A stretch of 64,000 nt of DNA. Origin: Anaerolineales bacterium (GTDB taxonomy: Bacteria; Chloroflexota; Anaerolineae; Anaerolineales; DRKV01). The DNA lies in NCBI GenBank assembly GCA_034429745.1, contig DAOUFY010000123.1, positions 895-64,894 of the forward strand, given 5' to 3'. The position numbers and the translations under genes are program-made. Positions 9,510-19,011 of this stretch are shown here, piece by piece; position 1 is the first letter of the stretch; every line of letters starts with the position of its first letter. The notes beneath the pieces were generated by a model, which did no database searches, was not told where the DNA came from, and saw nothing but the letters and a program-made list of their open reading frames with translations.

Positions 9510-10340
9510 ATGAGAGAGAAAGATAACCATTATCCCCTAATCTTCATCAAGCTCGGTGGCTCTCTTATTACAGAAAAATCCAAGCCTTTAACTGCACGGC
9601 AGGATGTTATAGAAAGAGCAGCAAAAGAAATCTCTCGGGTTTGGATTCAAAATCCTTCCCTGCGCCTCTTAATCGGACATGGTTCCGGCTCTTTTGGGCA
9701 TAGCGAAGCGAAAAAGCACAACACCCAAGACGGGGTTCAGGATTCTGCGGGTTGGATGGGTTTTGCCCAAGTCTGGTATGCTGCTAATCTTCTCAATCGC
9801 ATGGTAATAGACGCTCTACAGCAGCAGGGGCTACCCGCCATTTCACTTTCACCCCTTTCGATGATCATCAGCCGCAGTAAAGAGATCACTGCTTGGAACA
9901 TTCAGCCTTTGCGCGCGGCACTCGAGGCAAGACTGCTGCCGGTCATTCAAGGGGATGTTATTTTTGATGAAAGGCTCGGTGGCTGCATACTTTCCACAGA
10001 AGATTTATTCGTTCATCTTGTCCCTCATTTCCGCCCGCAGCAAGTTTTGCTCGCCGGCATTGAGCCGGGAGTCTGGGCAGACTACCCCGCTTGTACTCGC
10101 CTGCTGGATGTGATTGCACCCAACACCGATCTCTTCGAAAACCATGCCAACTCCTCCTTGCAAGGCTCTAGCGCACCTGATGTAACCGGTGGAATGGCTG
10201 CTAAAGTTAAACAAAGTCTAGCTATGATTAAAAGCAGCAGCTCTACTGTCGTCTATATTTTTTCAGGAGAACAAGAAAAAGCCATCGAAAATGCCCTTCA
10301 AGGCAAACCTCAAGGTACAAAAATTACTGCATTTCTGTAA
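9510..10340 (+). CDS. Isopentenyl phosphate kinase (amino-acid-kinase fold)
   Basis: IKLGGSLIT and GHGSGSFGH motifs, and a 276-aa size typical of IPK. Confidence 0.7.
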   Translation: MREKDNHYPLIFIKLGGSLITEKSKPLTARQDVIERAAKEISRVWIQNPSLRLLIGHGSGSFGHSEAKKHNTQDGVQDSAGWMGFAQVWYAANLLNRMVIDALQQQGLPAISLSPLSMIISRSKEITAWNIQPLRAALEARLLPVIQGDVIFDERLGGCILSTEDLFVHLVPHFRPQQVLLAGIEPGVWADYPACTRLLDVIAPNTDLFENHANSSLQGSSAPDVTGGMAAKVKQSLAMIKSSSSTVVYIFSGEQEKAIENALQGKPQGTKITAFL

Positions 10341-10385
10341 TTTTGTTAGACAAAGTACAACATTCAGATTAAAATATAACCTAGA

Positions 10386-10934
10386 ATGATAAAACACTCA
10401 CGTCGCGAAGTACTAACTTGGGATGATGTTAATAAACTCATTGACCACCTCATTCCCCAAATAGAGGTTGGGATAGATTGCATGCTGCTTATTACGCGCG
10501 GAGGTATCATCCCAGGTGGACTTTTAGCTCATGCGATGGATATCTACCAAATTTTTACCGCAGCAGTGGATTTCCCAGACATTGGCGACAGCAAAGTTAA
10601 ACGGCGCGGCTCCAAAGAAGAAATTGATGTAGGGTTGTGTGCTCTGCCGGTTTTTATTCAATTTCCAGAGGAAGAACTCCTCAAAGAGAAACGCGTCCTC
10701 ATCGTTGATGATGTGTGGGGCTCCGGACGTACAATGAACGCCGTGCGCAGCCGCGTTCTATCCAGCAAAGGAGATCCATACACTTGCGTGCTCCACTTTA
10801 ACCCCCACCGCAACCGCTTCAAACAACGTCCTGACTTTTATGCCGCCATCACCGATGCCTACATCGTTTATCCCTGGGAAATTGATCGCGGCTGGCACCA
10901 AGTGCTGCGCATGCCTTTTCCTCCAGCTCCATGA
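10386..10934 (+). CDS. Phosphoribosyltransferase (purine PRT-like)
   Basis: PRPP-binding loop VLIVDDVWGSGRTM. Confidence 0.7.
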   Translation: MIKHSRREVLTWDDVNKLIDHLIPQIEVGIDCMLLITRGGIIPGGLLAHAMDIYQIFTAAVDFPDIGDSKVKRRGSKEEIDVGLCALPVFIQFPEEELLKEKRVLIVDDVWGSGRTMNAVRSRVLSSKGDPYTCVLHFNPHRNRFKQRPDFYAAITDAYIVYPWEIDRGWHQVLRMPFPPAP

Positions 10935-11965
10935 ACTTGGATCTCCCTCCAGCCTTGTTTTGGCACAACGCCCGGCTTTGCGATGCACAAGCTATCCTCT
11001 CACTTATTCATAATGGTGCTCAAGCGCTTCACACCATTTCTACCATGCAACTCAAGGATGTTCAAGCCATCCTTCAAAGCCCGCGTTTTTCCGCAGAAGA
11101 AAGCTGCCTGATATTTATTAAAGAACAGCCTGATCCTATTTTGCTTGGCTTCTGTTGGTTGCTAAGCACCCCCCATCGCCCAAATCAAGCCGAAGTGTGG
11201 ATTCAAATCCACCCCAATCTTGATCAATTTGGCCTCTCCCCTCAAGTACTGGAAGACCCTCTCTTTGCGTGGCTCTTCTCTATCAGTCGCCAGCATTTTT
11301 CTTCTGCTCTATGCAACTACTCCTCTGATCCTACGCAAGGGTGTTGGTTGCTTGGAAGCAGCTGGCAGGATGATCAAACCCGCTGTTCCTCATTTTTGAA
11401 GGCTGGATTTTACCCTCTGCGATTCTCGCTTCACATGCGCCAAGAACTAAGTGATGTCCAGCGTTATTCTCTGCCTGCTTTGCCATCTCCATGCACCCTG
11501 CAGCCTTTCGATTCTAGCCATAGTCAGCATGTTTACCAAGTCTATCAAGAGAGCTTTCAAGATGATTGGCTTTTACAAGTTTCTTCCTTCCCTGCATGGC
11601 AGGAGTTATGGATCAACAAACCCAACTTCCTGCCCAAACTATCATTCATCGCTTTCGCTGAAAACGAACTGATCGGTTTTTTACTGACTGAAGAACACTC
11701 CACCGAAAATATACGCACCGCCCACATAAATATTCTGGGAATAAAACCTTCTTGGCGCAATCGAGGCATTGCCAAATACTTATTGCATTATGCGCTGCAT
11801 GCCTTTCACGCAAACGGCTTCGCTTATGCTACGCTGGACGCAGACCCAGATAGTCCCTATAATGTCGTAGAGTTTTATCAAAAGGCGAATTTTACCCCCA
11901 TAAGAATGAAAGTATATTTTGGTAAGCTTATAGAGAATCAACCAGCATACAACAATGTCAAATAA
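10931..11965 (+). CDS. GNAT-family N-acetyltransferase (two-domain)
   Basis: The C-terminal half has an acetyl-CoA loop, GIKPSWRNRGIAKYLL. The ATGA start overlaps the upstream stop. Confidence 0.6.
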   Translation: MNLDLPPALFWHNARLCDAQAILSLIHNGAQALHTISTMQLKDVQAILQSPRFSAEESCLIFIKEQPDPILLGFCWLLSTPHRPNQAEVWIQIHPNLDQFGLSPQVLEDPLFAWLFSISRQHFSSALCNYSSDPTQGCWLLGSSWQDDQTRCSSFLKAGFYPLRFSLHMRQELSDVQRYSLPALPSPCTLQPFDSSHSQHVYQVYQESFQDDWLLQVSSFPAWQELWINKPNFLPKLSFIAFAENELIGFLLTEEHSTENIRTAHINILGIKPSWRNRGIAKYLLHYALHAFHANGFAYATLDADPDSPYNVVEFYQKANFTPIRMKVYFGKLIENQPAYNNVK

Positions 11966-12954
11966 CTCACCGGCACATCGGCTGCTGCGCCGTAACGGCC
12001 ATCATCCGCAGTAAAAGTTGCAGCAGATGTAACCGCTCCAGCCTTAAAACGTAAGTTATGCATACCTGCGCTAACCCAAAGCGGCATTGTCAAACTTCCT
12101 GATTCTTGGGTAGCACTGGGTATTGTCGTGCAGCAGCGAACGTCTGTCGTATTATCCAACCCTATGCCAACGTGGGCAGTAGCACCAGAAGCAGAGGTAA
12201 CTCGATACATCAGTGAACTATAAATACATGCTCCGCTTGGGGCACCAATCATAAATTCAATCATGGGGTTCACTGTCGCCATGGTCGTACCGCTGCTGAT
12301 AGAATAAGTTGTCGCAGCATTATTATTGCTGTAATTTGGGCAAGAAAACCCGTGTCGCAGCACTTGATTATAATGGTTATACAGATAACGTTGGGTCAAT
12401 GTATCAAAACCCCAAATCCCCGCATACCCTGACCGATAGCCTCCATAAAATGATCCAAGATATCGGTACGTGCTGTCATCTGATTTCACCAATATGCCGT
12501 CTTGATAACCTAAGGGTACGCTGCGCGTTGTATCATTAACCCATTGGACTATAGCTAAAGCTACGGCTCCATTTTGCTCATATGCAAAAACATCATAAGG
12601 ATATCCATAAGGATAGGTTACTGCTCGCAAACTGAAACTGACATTTGAGAAAGTAAAAACATCCCACGTGCTCCCATCATATAAAGAGATCAAGTTGCCG
12701 CAATACGGGACAAAGAACAGGTCCGTAGCATAGCTTATCTCAGATTCTGGAACAGGGTTGGCTGCATTAAAGGACAACCTGCCTTGACATAACGAAGGCA
12801 TTACTGGAATTGAGGGGTTAATCAGTACATTTTTACTTACCGCTCCAATGTAGAGTTTTTCTGTATCAAGGGCGAAACCCATTTCCCCTGGCAGTAAGGT
12901 AGGTAAATCAGCTTGATTGCCGCGTCTAACCTGTATTCGAGTTCTTGTGGACAT
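11938..12954 (-). CDS. Phage tail fibre / receptor-binding protein
   Basis: The N-terminus IQVRRGNQADLPTLLPGEMGFALDTEKLYIG matches the Mtd_N/hyaluronidase-type tail-fibre N-terminal motif. It is the last gene of the module. Confidence 0.6.
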   Translation of the reverse strand: MSTRTRIQVRRGNQADLPTLLPGEMGFALDTEKLYIGAVSKNVLINPSIPVMPSLCQGRLSFNAANPVPESEISYATDLFFVPYCGNLISLYDGSTWDVFTFSNVSFSLRAVTYPYGYPYDVFAYEQNGAVALAIVQWVNDTTRSVPLGYQDGILVKSDDSTYRYLGSFYGGYRSGYAGIWGFDTLTQRYLYNHYNQVLRHGFSCPNYSNNNAATTYSISSGTTMATVNPMIEFMIGAPSGACIYSSLMYRVTSASGATAHVGIGLDNTTDVRCCTTIPSATQESGSLTMPLWVSAGMHNLRFKAGAVTSAATFTADDGRYGAAADVPVSYLTLLYAG

Positions 12955-12965
12955 TCCTCTCCTTT

Positions 12966-14264
12966 CTAGCCGGGTGGCGGTGATAAGGTGCCGCCATCCA
13001 GCGGTTCAGCTAAAAATTCATCTAAAAATCCAGCTCCGTCAAGATGCATATCAAACACCTCATCCATAAAGCAAGCCCCATCCAGGGTGGGATTTGTATA
13101 ATTATCCATATAGACTGCATCGGTCATTGAGGAGAAAAGCCATGGATTCAAGCTTTCCCCTTCTAATATACTTGAAGCTAACGAGATAGCTATCTGAACA
13201 CTCCCTACTTTCTGCGGCAGCACCGACAATGCCACTGCGTGAATCTTGGAAGTGAAAATTTCATCGGTAAATGGGTTATGAACTGAAACAATATCTCCAA
13301 GAAAGTAATGCTTGCCGTAATAGGCTGTTGGCGTTTGCACAACATCAAAGGTTAGTTTTGGGGTCGCAGAATGCTGCCTGAAAAAATTTTCAGCTAAGGT
13401 TGACAAGCCTTCATATGTAGCGGCTGCCGATCCATAAGTAAATGCTTCAATATCTCGCTTAACGCTGTAATCAGCTGAATAGCCTACAGCAACTTGACGA
13501 AGTATAGCTTCACCTCTGCCGGCTGCAATGACTGCCGTTACCTCTTGACTGCTTTTCAATTCATAGTATGGGTTCGCCATATTGCCTCTGGCTAATGCAA
13601 ACAAAACAATATTGCTCCGATCAGTCCCCATTCCGCCGTCATACCACCGAAATTCAAATCTTCCCCCACCGATATATGCCAACTCAAAGTTTCCGTTTCC
13701 AACAATAGCCAAACGCTGAAGCGCAGTCAACAAGTTGTGCAGCGGACAAGAAAAATCTATGCTCGCTCCTGAATCCGCACTCACTTGAACCTGAATGGGA
13801 AATAACGTATGCTGACCATCGCGCAGACGATGTGGTTCTAATCCCGCTGCTGTTGTCGCATTCCAAATTACCAGCTGTTTGGCTATCACTCCTGTTTGAA
13901 CTTGTAAAAACTGCGATCGATTCTGTACCCCACTTAAATAAGCCACAATGCGGGTCGAAAGCAGGAAATTAGGATGAAAAGCTTCTGCTTCAATCTGTGG
14001 CGCTTGATTTGCTGTAATAGAATATTTAATATCCAAGATGATGCCAAGATTTTCCTGATACCAACCAACCTGCTGACGCGGTTCGCACCGATAAAGTTGG
14101 ACAATATGATATACTTTGATATACTGGCAGGCAGGGTGAGAAGCAAGCACTGAAAAACGAATCGTACCTACCCCATTAATAATCTTTTCTGAAGTCAGTG
14201 AAAGAAAATCCGAAAATCGGGCTACAACCTCTCCACTTTGATTCATTATCACAAGATAAAGCAT
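12966..14264 (-). CDS. Phage tail-associated (Tal / Gp37-like) structural protein
   Basis: The N-terminal pattern MLYLVIMNQSGEVVARFSDFLSL...INGVGTIRFSV resembles tail-tip/endopeptidase-tail N-termini. Its position next to the fibre gene supports the call. Confidence 0.4.
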   Translation of the reverse strand: MLYLVIMNQSGEVVARFSDFLSLTSEKIINGVGTIRFSVLASHPACQYIKVYHIVQLYRCEPRQQVGWYQENLGIILDIKYSITANQAPQIEAEAFHPNFLLSTRIVAYLSGVQNRSQFLQVQTGVIAKQLVIWNATTAAGLEPHRLRDGQHTLFPIQVQVSADSGASIDFSCPLHNLLTALQRLAIVGNGNFELAYIGGGRFEFRWYDGGMGTDRSNIVLFALARGNMANPYYELKSSQEVTAVIAAGRGEAILRQVAVGYSADYSVKRDIEAFTYGSAAATYEGLSTLAENFFRQHSATPKLTFDVVQTPTAYYGKHYFLGDIVSVHNPFTDEIFTSKIHAVALSVLPQKVGSVQIAISLASSILEGESLNPWLFSSMTDAVYMDNYTNPTLDGACFMDEVFDMHLDGAGFLDEFLAEPLDGGTLSPPPG

Positions 14265-14283
14265 AGAATCTACATCATCCTAT

Positions 14284-14937
14284 TTAGTAAATGGGAGGAA
14301 TGCTGTTTTTGTTTTGCCACATCACAATCGCTTGGCTTCGATCAAATTGGTTTGTGATCTCTGCAAGCATATGCCGAAACGCAGCAAGCCGAGTCTGAGC
14401 TAACCGTTCGCATAAGTTCTTATCCAATATATCCCCTCGATTGGAAGCCGTGTACAGCAGCAAATTGCCCAACGTTCCCTGCAAAAGCAAATTAAGATGA
14501 GCTTGCAGGACTGTTGTTGTAGCCGCTTCATCCAAGCCTGCAATGGTATGCTGCTTTTCAAGCAGCAAGCGCAGCTCCTTGCCAGCTTGCGGAGGTGTTC
14601 CTGTGTTGGTTTGCAATGTAAGCACAAGCCTTTCTGCCACAACATCAATATTCCAGCGAACGATTTGGTTAGGTACTTGTTCAGCATAACATTTGGTGCT
14701 ATCCCAAGGATAATACACCTTGCGTACCCCCTCTGCAGCCATTGACTGCGGAAGCTCAATCTCGTTGCCCGAATTTACCAACTCAAAAACATACTCCTCA
14801 AGTCGAGGTAAAGATGCGCTGTATTCCTGCAAAGTAAAACGAAGGGCGAGTGCAATGCTCTCATCACTGTAAAGCATCTGCATTGAATCATTGAAATAAC
14901 TGAGGACTTGATTTTTGAAAAACAGAAAATCTGCCAT
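14284..14937 (-). CDS. Hypothetical protein of the phage structural module
   Basis: 217-aa ORF, co-directional and tightly packed with its neighbours. I recognise no motif. Confidence 0.4.
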   Translation of the reverse strand: MADFLFFKNQVLSYFNDSMQMLYSDESIALALRFTLQEYSASLPRLEEYVFELVNSGNEIELPQSMAAEGVRKVYYPWDSTKCYAEQVPNQIVRWNIDVVAERLVLTLQTNTGTPPQAGKELRLLLEKQHTIAGLDEAATTTVLQAHLNLLLQGTLGNLLLYTASNRGDILDKNLCERLAQTRLAAFRHMLAEITNQFDRSQAIVMWQNKNSIPPIY

Positions 14938-14943
14938 AATTTG

Positions 14944-15819
14944 TTATAGTGCTATTCGGGTTGGAGTAAAAGCGATCGCAACCCGAGTCGTTTCCCCGCA
15001 GTTTGCCCCTTCCACCTTAATACTATTGATTCCCCCAAGTGCTTCTGGTGCCGGTAAGAAAGCAAAACTTTCCAAATCCGAATCCGCTGAGAGGGCTGGA
15101 AGTAAGGACTCCGAACCTTTCATAATGGTTTTATAACCCGGCCGCAAATCTATGAATACCGTTTGGTTTTGTGCTATAGTTGTATTGAGATCGAGTTTCA
15201 TACCGCCACTTAAATTCGTAATAATTGGGTGAGTAATAGGACCGCGCAACGAAAACGGATAAGGATAGGCGAGCCATGTGCCGTTATATACAATATCCTT
15301 CGTTGAAGGAATATCATTTTGATAGAAAGTGGTTATCGTTTGGGTTGTATATTGAGTCCATACTGGGTTTGGTGCAACCAATGTAAAGTGTGCAGTCTGT
15401 AAAAATGGTGAAGGAGAATTGATGTCTTTACTTTTAGGTTTTGCACTAAAACTCAATGAAGTACAGAATACCTGCATTCGCCATGCGGTGCCTTCTGGCA
15501 GCCGGCACTCAAGGATGGAGGGAATAAGCGTATGATAAGGGCGCAGAACTTGTATTAAACTGCTGCGCCGCTGATAATACTCTGCTGAAGTTTGCGCCCT
15601 CATCGTCAATTGCACCTTGAGCTGACGCGGCGACAGATGAAACCCAAAATCACTTGCCCCATGCTGCAGTGGCGTAATTTCAAGATGTCGTTCAATCGGC
15701 GGCAGCGCCAACCCTTCTATCTGCTCATAAATAAAATTTTCTATTCCCAAGGATATCGAGAGAGCCAATGACGGATCATAAAGAGTAAAATTATGGAGTT
15801 CCTCTATCAAGTTGGACAT
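14944..15819 (-). CDS. Phage distal-tail (Dit)-like protein
   Basis: The C-terminal pattern IVYNGTWLAYPYPFSLRGPITHPIITNLSGGMKLDLNTTIAQNQTVFIDLRPG...SFAFLPAP...NSIKVEG is typical of phage tail family / distal tail proteins. Confidence 0.45.
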   Translation of the reverse strand: MSNLIEELHNFTLYDPSLALSISLGIENFIYEQIEGLALPPIERHLEITPLQHGASDFGFHLSPRQLKVQLTMRAQTSAEYYQRRSSLIQVLRPYHTLIPSILECRLPEGTAWRMQVFCTSLSFSAKPKSKDINSPSPFLQTAHFTLVAPNPVWTQYTTQTITTFYQNDIPSTKDIVYNGTWLAYPYPFSLRGPITHPIITNLSGGMKLDLNTTIAQNQTVFIDLRPGYKTIMKGSESLLPALSADSDLESFAFLPAPEALGGINSIKVEGANCGETTRVAIAFTPTRIAL

Positions 15820-16546
15820 AAGCTACTCCTTGAAAAACCGCAGCAATATAGAGAACTTCGCCAAAGCAAAGCCATATATCTTCCCATCCGCCTGATTGTA
15901 CGATAATCATCTTTTCATATCCCAATATCGCCGATTCATATAAGACACCAACCACCGGCGCTAGAACCGAAGGTGCCGAGCGGATGTTAAGCAGAGTAAC
16001 CTTTACTCTTGCTGTTCCTTTTTCATCTAATGTACGGCTGCTGAGCGTTGGGCTTTGTCCCTCTCCCGTAGGAGAGGGACAGACCAGAGAAGAAAAGGAG
16101 GTTTGGGAGAAGGATGAAGGTAGGGCAGATTCTTGCAGGTAAGGCAGTGGGTCAATGTACCCTTTATAAGCATCATTTTTGGCATAAGTGAGCTTACGCA
16201 AACCAAAATGTAAATGCGGACCTGTAGAAAACCCACTGTTTCCCATAAAACCAATTAAGTCGCCTGCTTTTAGCGTAGTTTTGTCTTTAGCAATCAGCCG
16301 CTGCAAATGACAATAATATGACGTAAGGCTCTCTTTGTGGGTGATCGTACAATACAAGCCATAACCCTGCGGATCAAAGGGGTGAATCTGCAGCAGTCCT
16401 GCATCCGCAGCATATATCGGATCGCCCAATGCTCCCGCAAAATCAATTCCGTTATGACCTGGAAAACCAAATTGTGCATACATTGTTGGGTTTTCACCAA
16501 ATTGTTGGGTAATTACCCTTGAAGAGGTAGGAAACTGCATTGCCAA
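15791..16546 (-). CDS. M23 (LytM) peptidoglycan endopeptidase with an SH3-like C-terminal domain
   Basis: M23 motifs GHNGIDFAG and GNSGFSTGPHLHFG. The linker contains an in-frame REP-type hairpin (see findings). Confidence 0.8.
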   Translation of the reverse strand: MAMQFPTSSRVITQQFGENPTMYAQFGFPGHNGIDFAGALGDPIYAADAGLLQIHPFDPQGYGLYCTITHKESLTSYYCHLQRLIAKDKTTLKAGDLIGFMGNSGFSTGPHLHFGLRKLTYAKNDAYKGYIDPLPYLQESALPSSFSQTSFSSLVCPSPTGEGQSPTLSSRTLDEKGTARVKVTLLNIRSAPSVLAPVVGVLYESAILGYEKMIIVQSGGWEDIWLCFGEVLYIAAVFQGVAYVQLDRGTP

Positions 16547-16553
16547 GCCTTAT

Positions 16554-18626
16554 TTATGGTACATTGTGTTTATACAAACCGCGATAATCCATTGCCCCTA
16601 CGGCAAAGAAAAAGCGTACCTTTATTGGCATCGTATCATTTGTGAACATTAACCCAGAGACTGGGTTAGCTACTGAAAAAATTTCTGGTGCGCGTCCATA
16701 ACGATAGCCAATACCAATAGTGGGATACAGCAGTGGATCGGCGACTGCAGCCCAATTCTTAGGATTCGTCCACAAATCAACCACAATTACCCGTGAGCGC
16801 GCCGAGCGCATACGCTCCGTCAAGGTATCGCCTTCAGCCCAAACGTTATCCAGATAATTAGCAGAACCAGACTGAGCTGCACCCAAAATCTGCAATGCTG
16901 TATTTTCCAGCTCATTAGGCACAAGCAAATATTTTGGCGCAGTAAGCATTCCCAATGCCGCTGCCGAAGCACCCGAAGCTGCAAACTCCGTTTGATCGCG
17001 CATTGCCTGCCGCGTGGCTGCCCAAGCGTTGGAAGAAAGCGGACTAGAACCTAAATTCCCATGATGAACGCTGTCAAACAAGGTATAGCCATCCGAGAGG
17101 ATTGGACCTACCGCCGAGCCACTTGTGGCATCTGTAAAAATTTCCGCAACAGCTTTGGATAACGTTAAGTAAGCCCCTTGAGCCAAGGCAGCCGGAGCAG
17201 TACGCAGTTTGCGGGTATCATCTTTATCAATAGCTTCAATGGTAATGCCCAAATAACCACCTTTCTTTATAAAAGAGGCTGTCTCTCGCTTATCATCCCA
17301 AGCTAATTCAGGGTAAGCATTGCCTTCATCAATGGTAGGCAATGCTCCTATGCCCGCTAAAGTGATCCATTTGATATCTTGCAATGTTTGGTAGTCTTCC
17401 TCGCGGACAATTGGCTCAAACCATTTGGGGAATTTCGCAAATTCATTGACCACTCGCTTGTTCAACGCATCCGCTACCAAACTCGACATAGTCGAAGAAT
17501 TTACATTAGCAAACATCACTCGTTCAGGATGGAACACACCACTTAATTCATAATCTCCCGAGATAAGATTATAAAATTCTCGAATGCCATTCAGCGGTTT
17601 TATGCCATTCGGTGGACGAACACCATCAAGCAAAGCCTCAAACGCTAAGGTTAATTGATCAAAACCAGTCATTCCACCTTGAATTTGGGAAGACCTCGGG
17701 GCAACATTGCCTATGTGAATTACCTGTTCCTGAACTAAAGAGGCTAAATATTCTTTTTCAGCTTTAATGGCTTGAGCAACCTCTGCCGGCGAGGAGTAAA
17801 GCTGACATTGCTGCAGCAGCTTATCTTTCGCCACCTGAGGTAAATCCGATGCCAAAATCAAAGACTGATTCGCAATAAAACTATACGAGCGAAGAGCTTG
17901 CTGCATGTGAGCTAATCGTTGCTCCATTTCCGCTGCAGAAGAAGCAGTCAAAGAAGCTTCAATATCCTGCCCTAATTTGGCTTCATCCTCACCAACCATA
18001 TCTCTTGATGATTCTATTGTCATATCATTCTCCATATCATTTGTAGCAAACTGAAAATTACTAGGGAGCTTTTTCTTTTCGTTCCCTATCATTCTGTCCG
18101 AGCTCAGCAGTTGTAAAAATCTTCCATCTGCCGCCGGCTGAAAAACAATATCAATTGATTCAATATGCTTAATTGCCGTTATAACTGTAGCTTCCGACGA
18201 TACTTCTAGCGAGGGGTAAAAGACAAGCGACAAACCAATATCCGGCGGCTTTGGGTCAGCAAGGATTTGCAGAAGCAAATCAGCTATCGCCATCCCGTCT
18301 TCTGTATCATAAAGTTGAATAGTGCCATAAACAGCTTGATCCTGCTCGTCCCAGGTTGAATGGATTGTCTTGCCAACCAAGTTGCGAAGCGAGGGTGGCT
18401 CACAAGGTTCGGCGTGGTCAATAAAAACAGCTTTATCATTGAAGGCGCCTTCCTCAACCGCTAACCGTAATGTCTCCGCTGCTATGCATATTGGTGCCGG
18501 CGAATTGTCAGCATAACGAATAAACCCAGCCCGAACAAAGCGGCACTTAAAAGCTATAGGTTCAAACTTCTTGTCTTCAAGAGCATGCAGCAATTTGCCA
18601 GCTGAAGATAAACGAAGAACTTTCAT
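16554..18626 (-). CDS. Putative prohead protease/scaffold fused to a major capsid protein
   Basis: 690 aa: an N-terminal ~170-aa globular part, an acidic/coiled-coil middle (EMEQRLAHMQQAL...) and a ~330-aa C-terminal capsid-like part. It lies directly downstream of the portal gene. Confidence 0.5.
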   Translation of the reverse strand: MKVLRLSSAGKLLHALEDKKFEPIAFKCRFVRAGFIRYADNSPAPICIAAETLRLAVEEGAFNDKAVFIDHAEPCEPPSLRNLVGKTIHSTWDEQDQAVYGTIQLYDTEDGMAIADLLLQILADPKPPDIGLSLVFYPSLEVSSEATVITAIKHIESIDIVFQPAADGRFLQLLSSDRMIGNEKKKLPSNFQFATNDMENDMTIESSRDMVGEDEAKLGQDIEASLTASSAAEMEQRLAHMQQALRSYSFIANQSLILASDLPQVAKDKLLQQCQLYSSPAEVAQAIKAEKEYLASLVQEQVIHIGNVAPRSSQIQGGMTGFDQLTLAFEALLDGVRPPNGIKPLNGIREFYNLISGDYELSGVFHPERVMFANVNSSTMSSLVADALNKRVVNEFAKFPKWFEPIVREEDYQTLQDIKWITLAGIGALPTIDEGNAYPELAWDDKRETASFIKKGGYLGITIEAIDKDDTRKLRTAPAALAQGAYLTLSKAVAEIFTDATSGSAVGPILSDGYTLFDSVHHGNLGSSPLSSNAWAATRQAMRDQTEFAASGASAAALGMLTAPKYLLVPNELENTALQILGAAQSGSANYLDNVWAEGDTLTERMRSARSRVIVVDLWTNPKNWAAVADPLLYPTIGIGYRYGRAPEIFSVANPVSGLMFTNDTMPIKVRFFFAVGAMDYRGLYKHNVP

Positions 18627-18653
18627 CTGCCTTCTTCCCTAAAATTTACCTAT

Positions 18654-18995
18654 TCATTCCGCAGCAGTAAAAGACTTCCCTATGAAAGGTGCAGATCTAA
18701 AAATCTTATGCGAAAGTTTTGAAACCCCCAACTGAGTTGTATAAGCAAAGACAATCAACAGCAATTCCGCGAGCTTCTCGGCTTGAATATCCAATGCTGC
18801 AATATCGGTTTGTGGTGAAAACAAATTCAATCCAATCAGCCCTGCCAAAGCTAAAAAATTGAGCAGTAAAGAATAAATCTGAGCCTCTCCATCTTTGACA
18901 ATAGACAACGTTTTAAGAATATTGATCAAGGCAGCAATGAGTGCCGACACCCCAGAAAGGGCGGCAAATTGAGTGAAAATGTCAGTTATTTCCAT
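18654..18995 (-). CDS. Small three-TM membrane protein, holin-like
   Basis: MEITDIFTQFAALSGVSALIAALINIL... with about three hydrophobic helices. Start set at internal ATG 18995, because the ORF-track start overlaps the portal gene. Confidence 0.35.
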   Translation of the reverse strand: MEITDIFTQFAALSGVSALIAALINILKTLSIVKDGEAQIYSLLLNFLALAGLIGLNLFSPQTDIAALDIQAEKLAELLLIVFAYTTQLGVSKLSHKIFRSAPFIGKSFTAAE

Positions 18996-19011
18996 CAGTT
19001 GTTTTTTCTCC

